A stretch of DNA of 64,000 nt from NCBI GenBank assembly GCA_963756075.1, contig CAVWMH010000006.1, positions 51,845-115,844 on the forward strand, in the 5' to 3' direction. Source of the stretch: Candidatus Dormiibacterota bacterium (GTDB taxonomy: Bacteria > Chloroflexota > Dormibacteria > Aeolococcales > Aeolococcaceae). This document shows positions 20,901-30,636 of the stretch, piece after piece. Both the position numbers and the translations under genes were made by a program. Position 1 is the first letter of the stretch; each line of letters opens with the position of its first letter. Under the pieces are notes generated by a model. That model did no database searches and had not been told where the DNA came from. It was given only the letters and a program-made list of their open reading frames with translations.

Positions 20901-21239
20901 ATCAGCACGAAGGAACTGCTCGAGCTCGGGACCGCCGGCACCCTCGGCGAGCCAGCTCACATCGCTCGGGATGTCGGGCACACGAAGGCGCAAGGCGTCG
21001 CTGAGCTGCCGGCCCAGCGTGGGGAGGTCCAGGTCGTGCTGGTCGGCCGTGTACCAGGCACACGGAGCCCGTTCCCACCACGACGCGAGCAGCGTCGATT
21101 TTCCGAATCCCGCTTCAGCCACGACCACTGTCAATCGACGGGTGCGCGCCGTCGCTGCGAGCTGCTCCAACGTGCCGCGCGCGATGAGGCCGTCGGTGGG
21201 GCTCCGAGGCAGGATCTTCGCAATCGGCGTCGCGTCCAC
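17950..21239 (-). CDS. MalT-like STAND NTPase - TPR - C-terminal wHTH/BTAD regulator, frameshifted near 20190 and 18445
   Basis: AEAGFGKSTLL, VIDDAH, GGWPAA, YLAEEV; TPR repeats; LGGFSV.RDG, LWP, YTGDFL, DRYDEQAH, LGVEP. Confidence 0.82.
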
Positions 21240-21270
21240 GATGCACAGAGTGTGGACGGGTTCCGGGCGA

Positions 21271-22272
21271 CTACGCGTTAACGGGCGCCGCTCTGTGTGC
21301 GAACAATTGGAAGATGCCGCCGAGGTGGAGCCGCTTGTTGATCAGCGCGTAGGCGGCGAAGCCGAGGACGAGTGACAGCCCGGTCATGAGCCCGCGCTGG
21401 ATGATCGCCGCGGCGCCGGCGCTCCCCGAAGGAAACCCCAGAAAAATGAGGAGTGCTGCCACGCTCGCCTCGTTGGCGCCGACGCCGCCGGGGATCAGGC
21501 TCACCGCGCCACCGATGGTGGCGAGCGCGAGGACGAATGCGGCCTGCCACCAGCCGACTTGTCCCGGCTCCAGACCCTGCAGCACCAGCCAGAACGTGGT
21601 GACGGCGACCACGACACGCGCTGCGTCGAGCACCGAAAGGGCAAGGGCGTCACCGCGATGCAGCAATGTGGAGGTCTCCTGCTGCAACTCGTCGATCGCC
21701 GGGAGCAGCTTGTTGAGAAACGGTATGTGCGCCACCAGGTTGTGGAACCGGCAGAACACCGGTGACACCGTGAGCACGATGACGATCAGTGCGATGCCGA
21801 GGGCGACCGGTATCACCGCGGCGAGCCCGTAACCGAGCGCAAGAATCGCCGGCAGCGCCGCGAGGATGAGCCAGAGCATGTATGACAGCTCCTGCACGGT
21901 GACGGTGGCCGCGACGGTGCCGAAGTCCGTGCCGTCGGCGGTGCTTGCAAACGCGGCGCGGGTGAGATCTCCCAGCGGCACGATCGCGGTGATGGTCTGC
22001 CCTGCGAGGTTGATGAGGATCGTGTCTCGGAGGCGCAGCTTGGTGCCGACGTCGGTCAGCAGGTAATGCCAGCGAACCCCTTGCAGAATGTACACGAGCA
22101 CCGAGAGCAGCACGATCGGCGCAATCAAGGCCAGTTGGAAATGTTCCAGCGCGCTTCCCACCTTGGCGGGGTCGAGAAACACAACAACGGCTGCGATTCC
22201 GGCCAGACCGATCACGCCGGTCAACACGCGGCGAAGCGGGAGCGGTAATTTCCGCCGAGCGGACACGGCCAC
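21271..22272 (-). CDS. Lysylphosphatidylglycerol synthase TM / UPF0104 flippase-like membrane protein
   Basis: Multiple TM segments, RW..LL, P.GD..R, PGGVGANE. Confidence 0.8.
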   Translation of the reverse strand: MAVSARRKLPLPLRRVLTGVIGLAGIAAVVVFLDPAKVGSALEHFQLALIAPIVLLSVLVYILQGVRWHYLLTDVGTKLRLRDTILINLAGQTITAIVPLGDLTRAAFASTADGTDFGTVAATVTVQELSYMLWLILAALPAILALGYGLAAVIPVALGIALIVIVLTVSPVFCRFHNLVAHIPFLNKLLPAIDELQQETSTLLHRGDALALSVLDAARVVVAVTTFWLVLQGLEPGQVGWWQAAFVLALATIGGAVSLIPGGVGANEASVAALLIFLGFPSGSAGAAAIIQRGLMTGLSLVLGFAAYALINKRLHLGGIFQLFAHRAAPVNA

Positions 22273-22385
22273 CTGGTCGGCTCGGTTAGCGATGCTCAGA
22301 CGACAGCACCGTCGCTGCTATCAGCGCTTTCCTCGGGGTTTCGTCCGCCATGTGAATGCTTCCACTCTATACGGCGAATCGAGGT

Positions 22386-22418
22386 TCCGGTCATCGCCAG
22401 GAAATGGCGATGACCGGA
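22386..22418 (-). terminator. Strong hairpin downstream of the cold-shock gene
   Basis: TCCGGTCATCGCCA-GGAAA-TGGCGATGACCGGA, perfect 14-bp stem; no long U-tract. Confidence 0.6.
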
Positions 22419-22436
22419 TGCCTCAGGCAGCGAGGA

Positions 22437-22637
22437 TCAGGCCGCGCGGACCTGGCGGGCGCGCGGGCCCTTGTCGCTACGCTCGATCTCGAAGCTCACG
22501 TGCTCATCGCCCGTGAGATTCTCGAAGGTCAGTGAACTGTCGAGTCCACTGCGATGGAAGAAATACTCCTGTCCATCCTCGGCGGTGATGAAGCCGAAGC
22601 CGCGTTCGGCGACGATCTTCTTGACGGTACCAGTCAC
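22437..22637 (-). CDS. Cold-shock domain protein
   Basis: GTVK, RGFGFI (RNP1), YFFHRS (RNP2), KGPRA. Confidence 0.93.
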   Translation of the reverse strand: MTGTVKKIVAERGFGFITAEDGQEYFFHRSGLDSSLTFENLTGDEHVSFEIERSDKGPRARQVRAA

Positions 22638-22748
22638 TCTGGTCTCTCCAATTCCTTCTCGTTATGTAGAACAGACGCAGCGCGTCCGTTCGAGAAGGAC
22701 TGACGACCACGAGCGATACCCCTCGAGACTCGAGGTGATGCCATCACC

Positions 22749-22773
22749 ATACCCCAACGGTACCGGGCTAAAC
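22749..22773 (-). promoter_or_regulatory. SigB/SigF-type promoter upstream of the csp gene
   Basis: GTTTAG-N13-GGGTAT on the minus strand. Confidence 0.5.
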
Positions 22774-22867
22774 GTGCCCGGGCGAGCGAATCGGCACCCT
22801 GGAGCGGCAGGTCAGCCTTGCAGGCACGATCGGGAGCCGATCACAATGCCCGCGTGGAGGTCACCGC

Positions 22868-23473
22868 GTGGGATTCGTGAGCCGGGCGTTCAAAGGCCGG
22901 CCGCGCGATCAACCCCGAGACGCGCGGATTCCCCCGGGTCAGTACCTCGTCCGCGACTTTCCGGTGCTCTCCGCCGGTCCCACGCCCCATACGTCGCTCG
23001 CTGAGTGGTCGTTCTCGATCGAGGGCGAGGTCGACGAGGAGAAACACTGGAGCTGGGAGGAACTGCGTGCGCTGCCGAGCGAAACGGTGACGCGCGACAT
23101 CCACTGCGTCACCAAATGGTCCAAGCTCGACACCACCTGGGAGGGCATTTCCGTCGATACCCTGCTCGAGGGCGTCGAGACAGCAGCGGACTACGTGATG
23201 GCGTTCTGCGACGGTGGGTACACCACCAACCTCCCGCTCGACGACGTCACGGGGGGCAAGGCCTGGATCGCCTTTGCCTTTGACGGGCAGCCACTCGAGA
23301 GCCAGCACGGCGGCCCCGCACGGCTGCTGGTGCCGCACCTGTACTTCTGGAAGAGCGCCAAGTGGGTGCGCGGACTCCGCTTGATGAACGAGGACTCGCC
23401 GGGCTTCTGGGAGACGTACGGCTATCACATGTATGGCGATCCGTGGCAGGAACAGCGCTACAGCGGCGACTGA
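22868..23473 (+). CDS. Sulfite oxidase-like molybdopterin oxidoreductase (cytoplasmic)
   Basis: PPGQ, DIHCVTKWS (Mo-ligating Cys), YTTNLP, HGGPARL, KSAKW, GFWE..GYH; no Tat motif. Confidence 0.9.
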   Translation: MGFVSRAFKGRPRDQPRDARIPPGQYLVRDFPVLSAGPTPHTSLAEWSFSIEGEVDEEKHWSWEELRALPSETVTRDIHCVTKWSKLDTTWEGISVDTLLEGVETAADYVMAFCDGGYTTNLPLDDVTGGKAWIAFAFDGQPLESQHGGPARLLVPHLYFWKSAKWVRGLRLMNEDSPGFWETYGYHMYGDPWQEQRYSGD

Positions 23474-24196
23474 TCTGGCGCACCGCCGAGGTGCTCGACC
23501 TCGTCGACGAGACCCCACGGGTGCGAAGCCTGGTCCTGGCCGTTCCCGGGTGGCCGGGACACCTGGCGGGTCAGCACGTCGATGTACGGCTGACGGCAGA
23601 AGACGGCTACCAGACCCAGCGGAGCTACTCGATCGCGTCTGCGCCCGACGGGGAGCGGCTGACCCTGACCGTCGAGCGCCTCGACGATGGCGAGGTATCG
23701 CCGTACCTTGCCGGCGAGCTGCTGGCCGGTGACAAGCTCGAGTTGCGCGGCCCGATCGGTGGCTATTTTGTCTGGGAGGTCGCCCTGGGAGGTCCGCTCC
23801 TCCTGGTCGCCGGCGGATCCGGGATCTGTCCGCTCATGGCGATGCTCCGGCTCAGGCAGGCTGCCGGGAGTGCCGTTCCGACCCGATTGCTGTACTCCTC
23901 GCGCTCTCTCGAGGACGTCATCTACCGCGACGAGCTCGACCTGCTGGTCGCGACGGGGTCAGATTTGGCGGTGATCCACACGCTGACCCGCAGCGCCCCC
24001 GAGGGGTGGCAAGGGTTGCGCCGGCGCATCGATGCAGCGATGCTGAGCACCGTCGCGTGGCCACCCGCGCAGCGCCCGTTGATCTTCGTCTGCGGTCCGA
24101 CGCCGCTCGTCGAGTTCGGCGGCGGAGTCACTCGTGAACCTCGGCCACGAGCCGGCGCACATCAAGACCGAGCGATTTGGCCCCACCGGAGGATGA
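23443..24196 (+). CDS. FAD/NAD(P)H ferredoxin-reductase (FNR-like) oxidoreductase, frameshifted near 24115
   Basis: GQHV, RSYSIAS, GEVSPYL, GPIG, AGGSGICP, CGP; the shifted tail reads IKTERFGPTGG*. Confidence 0.85.
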
Positions 24197-24203
24197 CGCT
24201 GAG

Positions 24204-24491
24204 ATGACCGAGCAAGAGCTGAGGCTCGACGGCAACGCTGCGGCGGGACTGCTTCAGGAGGTCTTTGTTCACGAGCTCACCGCAGCGCGCGGCGCCTGCG
24301 CCGCGTGCGGAACAGTCGGACCCATGGGTGCGCAGCATCTGTACATGTCTCCACGCTCGCCGGGTGCGGTGCTGCGATGCAGCGCGTGCGAGGGTGTGCT
24401 CATGGTGATCGTGCGCGCCGGCGGGCGATTCCGCCTCGGCCTGCAGGGTCTCGTGTGGATCGAGATGCAGGACGTCGACACGACGAACTGA
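24204..24491 (+). CDS. Small CxxC..CxxC protein (DUF6510-like)
   Basis: LDGNAAAG.L.EVF, CAACG, PG.VLRCSAC. Confidence 0.75.
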   Translation: MTEQELRLDGNAAAGLLQEVFVHELTAARGACAACGTVGPMGAQHLYMSPRSPGAVLRCSACEGVLMVIVRAGGRFRLGLQGLVWIEMQDVDTTN

Positions 24492-24566
24492 CCGCCTCGG
24501 CGCGAGTCACGGGACACCCGGTCCGCGCCGAGCCGCCCGCAGGCACGTCAGCTTCATCATGGAGGG

Positions 24567-25505
24567 ATGGACGACGCCTCCGGCGGGTGGCCGGCTCTCC
24601 CATACATGGAGTGGCGGGCGACTCGCGACACGCTCCACATGTACTCGCAGGTGATCGGCAAGCTGCGCCTTGCCCTCAGCCCTTTCGAGCCCGGCTGGGC
24701 GAATGTGCCGCTCTACGTCACGGCTCGGGAACTCACCACGTCGCCGCTGCCCATCGGCCTGCGCAGCTTCGACGCCGAGCTCGACCTGCACGACCACGTG
24801 CTCGTGATCCGCACCAGCGACGGACAGATGGAACGCCGACCGCTTGGTGGCGCGGTCGCCGAGTACTACGCCGACGTCATGGACGCGCTGCGACGCATGG
24901 GGATCGACGTCGCCATTTCAGTGCATCCATCCGAGGTACCGGATCCCATTCCCTTTCCCGACGACCACACCCATGCCACCTACGACAGGGATCAGGTGCA
25001 GCGCTTTCACCATGTGCTCTCCATGGTCGACCTGGTGATGAAAGAACATCGCGCGCGCTTCCGCGGGCGGACCTCGCCCGTGCACTTCTTCTGGGGCACC
25101 TTCGATCTCGCGGTGACGCGATACTCCGGCAAGCTGGCGGATCCACTGCCCGGTGACAGCGTCATCACCCGTTTCAGCGCGGACGCGGAGGAGGTCTGCG
25201 CGGGCTGGTGGCCCGGGGATCACCGCGTGCCGTCCGCGACGTTCTTCTCGTACGCGTACCCGGCGCCTCCCGACATCGATGCGGTCACCCTGCAGCCATC
25301 CGGAGCCGCCTGGAGCCCGGATGCGGGCGAATTCCTCTTCCCGTACGACGCGGCACTCGCGACGTCGGACCCGCGGCGAGCCATCCGTGACTTTCTCGCA
25401 TCGTCATACGACGGGGCCGCGCAGTTGATGGGATGGAGCAGCGACCTGACGACATTCAGCGAACCCGACCGTCCCACTGATCACGCCCCGAGGAGAGCCA
25501 AATGA
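24567..25505 (+). CDS. DUF5996-like hypothetical protein
   Basis: WP.L, TLHM..Q.IGK, GRTSPVHFFWGTFDLAVTRYSG, GWWPG, FSYAYP. Confidence 0.75.
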   Translation: MDDASGGWPALPYMEWRATRDTLHMYSQVIGKLRLALSPFEPGWANVPLYVTARELTTSPLPIGLRSFDAELDLHDHVLVIRTSDGQMERRPLGGAVAEYYADVMDALRRMGIDVAISVHPSEVPDPIPFPDDHTHATYDRDQVQRFHHVLSMVDLVMKEHRARFRGRTSPVHFFWGTFDLAVTRYSGKLADPLPGDSVITRFSADAEEVCAGWWPGDHRVPSATFFSYAYPAPPDIDAVTLQPSGAAWSPDAGEFLFPYDAALATSDPRRAIRDFLASSYDGAAQLMGWSSDLTTFSEPDRPTDHAPRRAK

Positions 25506-25798
25506 ACGACGTCTGCCAGCATCTCGACCAGATCAACGATGTGACACCCTCGGGTACCGGGTGCGTCGAGTGCGTGGCCGCCGGCCGCCACGACTGGGTG
25601 CATCTCCGTGTCTGCCAGGAATGCGGACACGTCGGGTGCTGCGACAACTCGCCCGGGAAACATGCGACGGCGCACTTCAAGTCGGGCGGTGACCCGATCA
25701 TCCGGTCATACGAGCCGGGCGAGGACTGGTACTACTGCTACCTCGATGACCTCATGTTCGAGCTCGAGGGCGCACCGCCCGCCCCGTCGCATCCCTGA
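25502..25798 (+). CDS. Stand-alone UBP-type zinc finger protein
   Basis: CQH, CVEC, WVHLRVCQECGHVGCCDNS..KHATAH, EPGEDWYYCY. Confidence 0.88.
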   Translation: MNDVCQHLDQINDVTPSGTGCVECVAAGRHDWVHLRVCQECGHVGCCDNSPGKHATAHFKSGGDPIIRSYEPGEDWYYCYLDDLMFELEGAPPAPSHP

Positions 25799-25825
25799 GG
25801 CGGCATCTGCCAGACGGCCAGCGCC

Positions 25826-27600
25826 TCAGACCTGGAGGTAGCGCGCGCCGATCGTTGCGGCAAGCGTCCGGTGGGCGGGGCTCGCGCCGACAAGGGTGGA
25901 ACGAGACGGGTTGATGCCGTGGGCTCGTGCGAAGGCGAGGATGAGCCCGGGCAGCGGCGGCCGGCACCAGCACACCGGCGGACCTCCGGGATGGGGGCAG
26001 AGCGCAGCAGCCACGCTGCCTCGAACGTGCGCGGAAAGTCGACGCAACGCTCGCATCGAGGATGTCAACGGTCTCGCCAGGTCTCCACTCGAACAGCAGG
26101 TGGGGCGCCTCGGGTGCCATGCAGCCGTGACTGTGCGTTCCCAGCCCTGCATATTCAGCGCTGCGGCAGCCACGAAGACAGCCTCCTGAAGGTTCGGTCG
26201 CGATGGACATCGACGCTGCCGGCGTGCGCTGGAACTGGATCCGCTGCACCGCAACGAACCCCTCGTCGATCGCCGGAGGTTCCAGTTCGCGGAGTGTGCG
26301 CATCTGGCTCGCTGGAAGCATGATGCCCGCCTCACGGCGTCCGATGCGCCGGACCTCCTCGGGTTCGGGCAGCTCGCCGAACCGTCCGAGAAGGCGCTCG
26401 ACGAGATTGACCTGCGCCTGCGCGAGCGGGATGTCGATCCAGATGCATTGAACCGACGCGCCGTGCCGGGTGGCTGTCTCGATGACGTGGCTGCGCGTCA
26501 CGCGGGTGAGGTACGTGTTGTCGAGAACGATCCGGCGCACACCCGACGACAGCGCCTCGCCGAGCGCGTCGTTGAGTTCGCGGAGCGATCCGCCACGATC
26601 GTCGCGGTTGATGCGGACGTAGCCGCGCGCCACGAAGTCCTCGGCGTGACGGCTCTTGCCGGCGCCCGGGATACCCATCACGAGGACAACCTCGGCCTCG
26701 TGCGCGTGCGTTGCCGATGTGTCGGCTGTTCCCGGTTGCGGCCACCCGAAGGCACTGACGATCCGCGCCCGGTCGCTTGCTTCGAGGTGGAGCGTCGCCG
26801 CCCGCGCGGCTGAGCGGACCGTCGCTGGACGCCGTGCGCCCGGTATCGCGACGACCACAGGGGAGACATCGAGCACCCACGCGAGCGCAACCTCCTCCGG
26901 CGTCGCCCCGCGAGCGCGCGCGATGTCGACCAGCTCTGGGCGGCGACGGAGCGACGGCGCCCGGCGCACGCCGCCGAGCGGAGAGTGCGCGATGACGGCG
27001 ATACCTCGCTCGGCGCAGAAATCGACAAGCCCACCCCTGACGGCGCTGTCGTCCAGCACGCTGAGTGAGACCTGGATTGCGGCGACGTCGACGAGCTCGC
27101 ACGCTTCCTCCAGTTGCAGGCGGTTGACATTCGCCAGCCCGACGTGTGCAACCACGCCGTCCCGCAGCAGTGTTGCCAGCGCGCGCACGGACGTGCGCCA
27201 GGGGATGCGAGGGTCGGGCGCGTGGATGAGGTAAAGATCGACGGCCAGCCCGTCGAGAGCTTCGAGGCTGGCTTCGCAATCGGCGAGGATCGCCCTGGCG
27301 CGACCGTCCGGGATCCATCCGCCGCCGGCACGGGTCATGCCGCCTTTGGTGACGATCCTCGCGCGCACGTCCGCGCCACAGCGTCGGAGCGCCTGGGCGA
27401 TCAGTCGCTCGTTGCGGCCCGACGGCGTATCTCCGGCGCCGTACGCGTGCGCGGTGTCAAACACGGTGATGCCCGCATCGGCAGCGGCCGCGATGGCGTC
27501 GAACGCGGCCGCTGTCGTCAGCATCGGCGTCCGTGGAGAGGCGCATGCAGCCAAGGCCGATGCGAAGCTCCGAGCTGCCGAGCCATCGATGGGGGTTCAG
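25826..27600 (-). CDS. Aldo/keto reductase - P-loop kinase (AAA_33-like) - degenerate HAD fusion, several frameshifts; start approximate
   Basis: IGLGCMRLS, FDTAHAYG, TKGG, SL..L...VDLYLIH, IPG; then MGIPGAGKS, VLDNT; then CPH.GGPPVCWCRPPLPG. Confidence 0.72.
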
Positions 27601-27681
27601 GGCTCAGAGCGTACGGCACGGAGCGAAGCGCTGTGACCAGAATGTCATGCCTATGGCCGTGCCAGGTTGACAATGCTCGGC

Positions 27682-30630
27682 GTGCGCCGGCTGATCATCG
27701 CCCTCGCGGTCATCGCGCCGCTGTTGACCGCGACGCGGGCAGCCGCAGACTGGCCCACCTACCACGGTGACAACACGCGCCAGGGCAACGACACGACCGA
27801 TCAGGCGGTGAGTGGGAGTGCGCCGTGGACGTCAGTCGCGCTGGACGGACAGCTCTACGGGCAGCCCGTGATCGTGGGCGGGCAGCTGGTGGTGGCAACC
27901 GAGAACGATACGGTCTACTCGCTCAACGCCACCACCGGACATGTCGTGTGGAGCACGCATATCGGAGCACCCCGAACGGCCAACTTTCCCTGCGGGAACA
28001 TCGACCCCCTTGGGATCACCGGGACTCCGGTGATTGACGCCGGCAGCGTTTTCGTCGTCGCGGAGATCCAGGACACGCCGACCACGTTCGAATTCGATCT
28101 CGTGACGCTGTCACTGTCGACCGGTGCCATCACCCGGCGCGTGAACATCAATCCCGGTAATCGTGGCGGCATCGTCTTCGACGCCAACTATCAGCAGCAG
28201 CGTGGGGCGCTCACGATTGCTGCCGGCGAGGTGTACGCGACTCTCGGCGGCCTCGCCGGCGACTGCACCAACCCGGGCAACGGCAGCGACGGATACCGCG
28301 GCTACGTGATCGGGTATCCCGAGACCGGCACCGGCTCGGTCCAGTGGTGGTCGTCCGCGTCGCTGAGCTCCACAGACATGGAGGCCGGCGCGTGGGCCGC
28401 GGGAGGAGCCTCGGTGGACGCCGGCGGAAGCGTGTACGTCGGCACGGGCAACAGCAACGAGACGAGCAGTGGCGATCCCTACGACGAGAGCGACGGCGTC
28501 ATCAAGCTCAGCGCGAGCACGCTGACGCTCGCCGACTACTTCGCGCCGAGCGGAGTCCTCGACGCCACCCACGATGGGGGTCCGACGTGGTGGCAGGACA
28601 ACGCGAGCGACGCGGACCTCGGGTCGACGACGCCCTTGCAACTCCCTGGGAACCGTGTCTTCCAGGTTGGCAAGAGCGGCATGGGGTACCTGCTCAACAG
28701 TGCCGGCCTCGGCCACCTCAGCGGTGGTCTCGCATCCCACCAGGTCTGCTCGGCAACCAGCGATGCCGCATTCGGCAGCCTGGCCTACAGCCTGGTCGGT
28801 GGCGTCGAGACGGTGTTCGTCGGATGCAGCGACGGGCTGCAGGCGGTGCAGATCGCCGCGTCAAACAACAACTTCACCCTGGGCTGGCACAACACGAGCC
28901 AGGCGTCGAGCAAACCGCCCATCGTGGTGGGAGGCGGAGTCTGGTCGGTGGGGAGCGGAGGAAGCACGCTGTACCAGTACGACGCGACCAACGGCACCGT
29001 ACTCGCGAGCTACGCGATCAGCGGCAGCAACCACTTCACCTCGCCATCAGCCTCCGGCGGCATGATCTTCGTCGAGGGTGGAACCCAGGTGGATGCCGTC
29101 CCTGACGGGCCTGATGTCGGCGCCGTCTCACCGGCCGCCGGCCCGACGACGGGTGGTCAGACGGTGACCGTCCACGGCGCTGGGTTTCAGCCAGGGATGA
29201 CCGCAACAATCGGCGGCATGTCGGTGACGCCCGCGGCGGTGACGGCGACGTCGTTCACCTTCACGACCCCAGCCGCTGCTGCGGGCTACGTCCAGGTACA
29301 GGTGGCCGATTCGCTGGGGACCAGCGCGCTGACACCGGGATCGGGGTACGTCTATACAAGCCTTGCGGGGTACGTCCCGGTCACGCCGTTCCGCATCCTG
29401 GATACGCGCGTATCGAACTGCATCCAGTGCGGTGCGGGAGCACTCGGCCCTGGTGCGACGCGTACGCTGCAGATCACCGGGGTGAGCGGCCTGCCGAGCG
29501 GGGCCGATCCGATACCCAACACCGCTACCGCGGTGGCGCTCAACGTGACAGCGGTGAACGACAACACCTTCAGCCTGCTCACGGTGTACCCGAATGGGAC
29601 CGGCCGTCCGCTGGCGTCCAACATCAACTTCCTGGCGCACACTGCGACCGCCAACCTTGTCACCGTAACCCTCGGCCAGAGCGGTCCCTCGGATGTCAAT
29701 CGCGAGGTCAACATCTACAACCCCCTGGGGACCGTCGACGTCGTCGCCGACGTGGAAGGCTACTTCACACCCGACAGTCCGAGTGATCCGACGGGAGAGT
29801 TCCATCCCATAGCTCCGGTTCGTGTCTGCGACACGCGAGCGAAGGTGACGGCGACGCCATGCCAGGCGCACGGTGCGCTGCTGAGTGGGCAGCCGATCAT
29901 CGTCAACGTGACCGGATCGGGCAGCGACGCGATTCCAGGGACGAACGCCGCCGTGGCGGCGCTGAACGTCGCCGGCATCGCCGGCTCCGCGTCCACGTAT
30001 CTCAGCGTGTTCCCAACGACGTCGAACGGCACCTGCGCGTTCACCGGGACCCATGCACCGCCGTTCTCGACGCTCAATCTTGCAGCCGGCGCCGTCCGTG
30101 CCAACCGGGTGCTGGTTGCCCTGGGTCCCGCCACGCCAGGAGGGCCGGACACATCGGTCTGCATCTTCAACGCGGTCGGCAGCATCAACATCTACGTCGA
30201 CGCCAACGGCTGGTTCGGGACCGCAGCCGCCGCGACCGGCTTCCAGTACCAGGCCGTTGGTCCAACACGGGTCTGCGACACGCGTCCGGCGTCCGGCGTG
30301 CGCTGCGCGGGGTCCGCGCTCGGCCCCGGTACATCGGAGCTGGTCAGGGTCGCGGGGGTGTCCGGGATCCCGTCACCAAGCCCAGTGGTCCGGGCGGTGA
30401 TCGGCAACCTCACCGGCGTCGCACCGACGCAGGGAACGTTCCTCACGCTCTACCCGGCAAATCTGGCTCTGCCACTCGCATCGGATATCAACGTCGCGGC
30501 GGGCGCGGTGCTCGCCAATCTCGTCGTGGTGCAGCTCGACACCACCGATTCGGCCATCGGCGACGCGCGCCTCTACAACGGCGCGGGAACCATCAACGCG
30601 ATCCTCGATGTCGAGGGCTGGTTTCAGTAG
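27682..30630 (+). CDS. Secreted PQQ-like beta-propeller + IPT/TIG + three C-terminal PxRxxDTR repeat domains
   Basis: Signal peptide then DWPTYHGD; GITGTPVID, DADLGS; IPT (VSPAAGPTTGGQTVTVHGAGF); repeats PFRILDTR, PVRVCDTR, PTRVCDTR. Confidence 0.85.
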   Translation: MRRLIIALAVIAPLLTATRAAADWPTYHGDNTRQGNDTTDQAVSGSAPWTSVALDGQLYGQPVIVGGQLVVATENDTVYSLNATTGHVVWSTHIGAPRTANFPCGNIDPLGITGTPVIDAGSVFVVAEIQDTPTTFEFDLVTLSLSTGAITRRVNINPGNRGGIVFDANYQQQRGALTIAAGEVYATLGGLAGDCTNPGNGSDGYRGYVIGYPETGTGSVQWWSSASLSSTDMEAGAWAAGGASVDAGGSVYVGTGNSNETSSGDPYDESDGVIKLSASTLTLADYFAPSGVLDATHDGGPTWWQDNASDADLGSTTPLQLPGNRVFQVGKSGMGYLLNSAGLGHLSGGLASHQVCSATSDAAFGSLAYSLVGGVETVFVGCSDGLQAVQIAASNNNFTLGWHNTSQASSKPPIVVGGGVWSVGSGGSTLYQYDATNGTVLASYAISGSNHFTSPSASGGMIFVEGGTQVDAVPDGPDVGAVSPAAGPTTGGQTVTVHGAGFQPGMTATIGGMSVTPAAVTATSFTFTTPAAAAGYVQVQVADSLGTSALTPGSGYVYTSLAGYVPVTPFRILDTRVSNCIQCGAGALGPGATRTLQITGVSGLPSGADPIPNTATAVALNVTAVNDNTFSLLTVYPNGTGRPLASNINFLAHTATANLVTVTLGQSGPSDVNREVNIYNPLGTVDVVADVEGYFTPDSPSDPTGEFHPIAPVRVCDTRAKVTATPCQAHGALLSGQPIIVNVTGSGSDAIPGTNAAVAALNVAGIAGSASTYLSVFPTTSNGTCAFTGTHAPPFSTLNLAAGAVRANRVLVALGPATPGGPDTSVCIFNAVGSINIYVDANGWFGTAAAATGFQYQAVGPTRVCDTRPASGVRCAGSALGPGTSELVRVAGVSGIPSPSPVVRAVIGNLTGVAPTQGTFLTLYPANLALPLASDINVAAGAVLANLVVVQLDTTDSAIGDARLYNGAGTINAILDVEGWFQ

Positions 30631-30636
30631 GCTGGT

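Noticed and set aside
7174-21239. STAND NTPases as Avs-type anti-phage defence proteins
   Set aside because: Both carry wHTH/BTAD transcription modules and no nuclease, TIR or SIR2 effector, and the neighbourhood is not a defence island.
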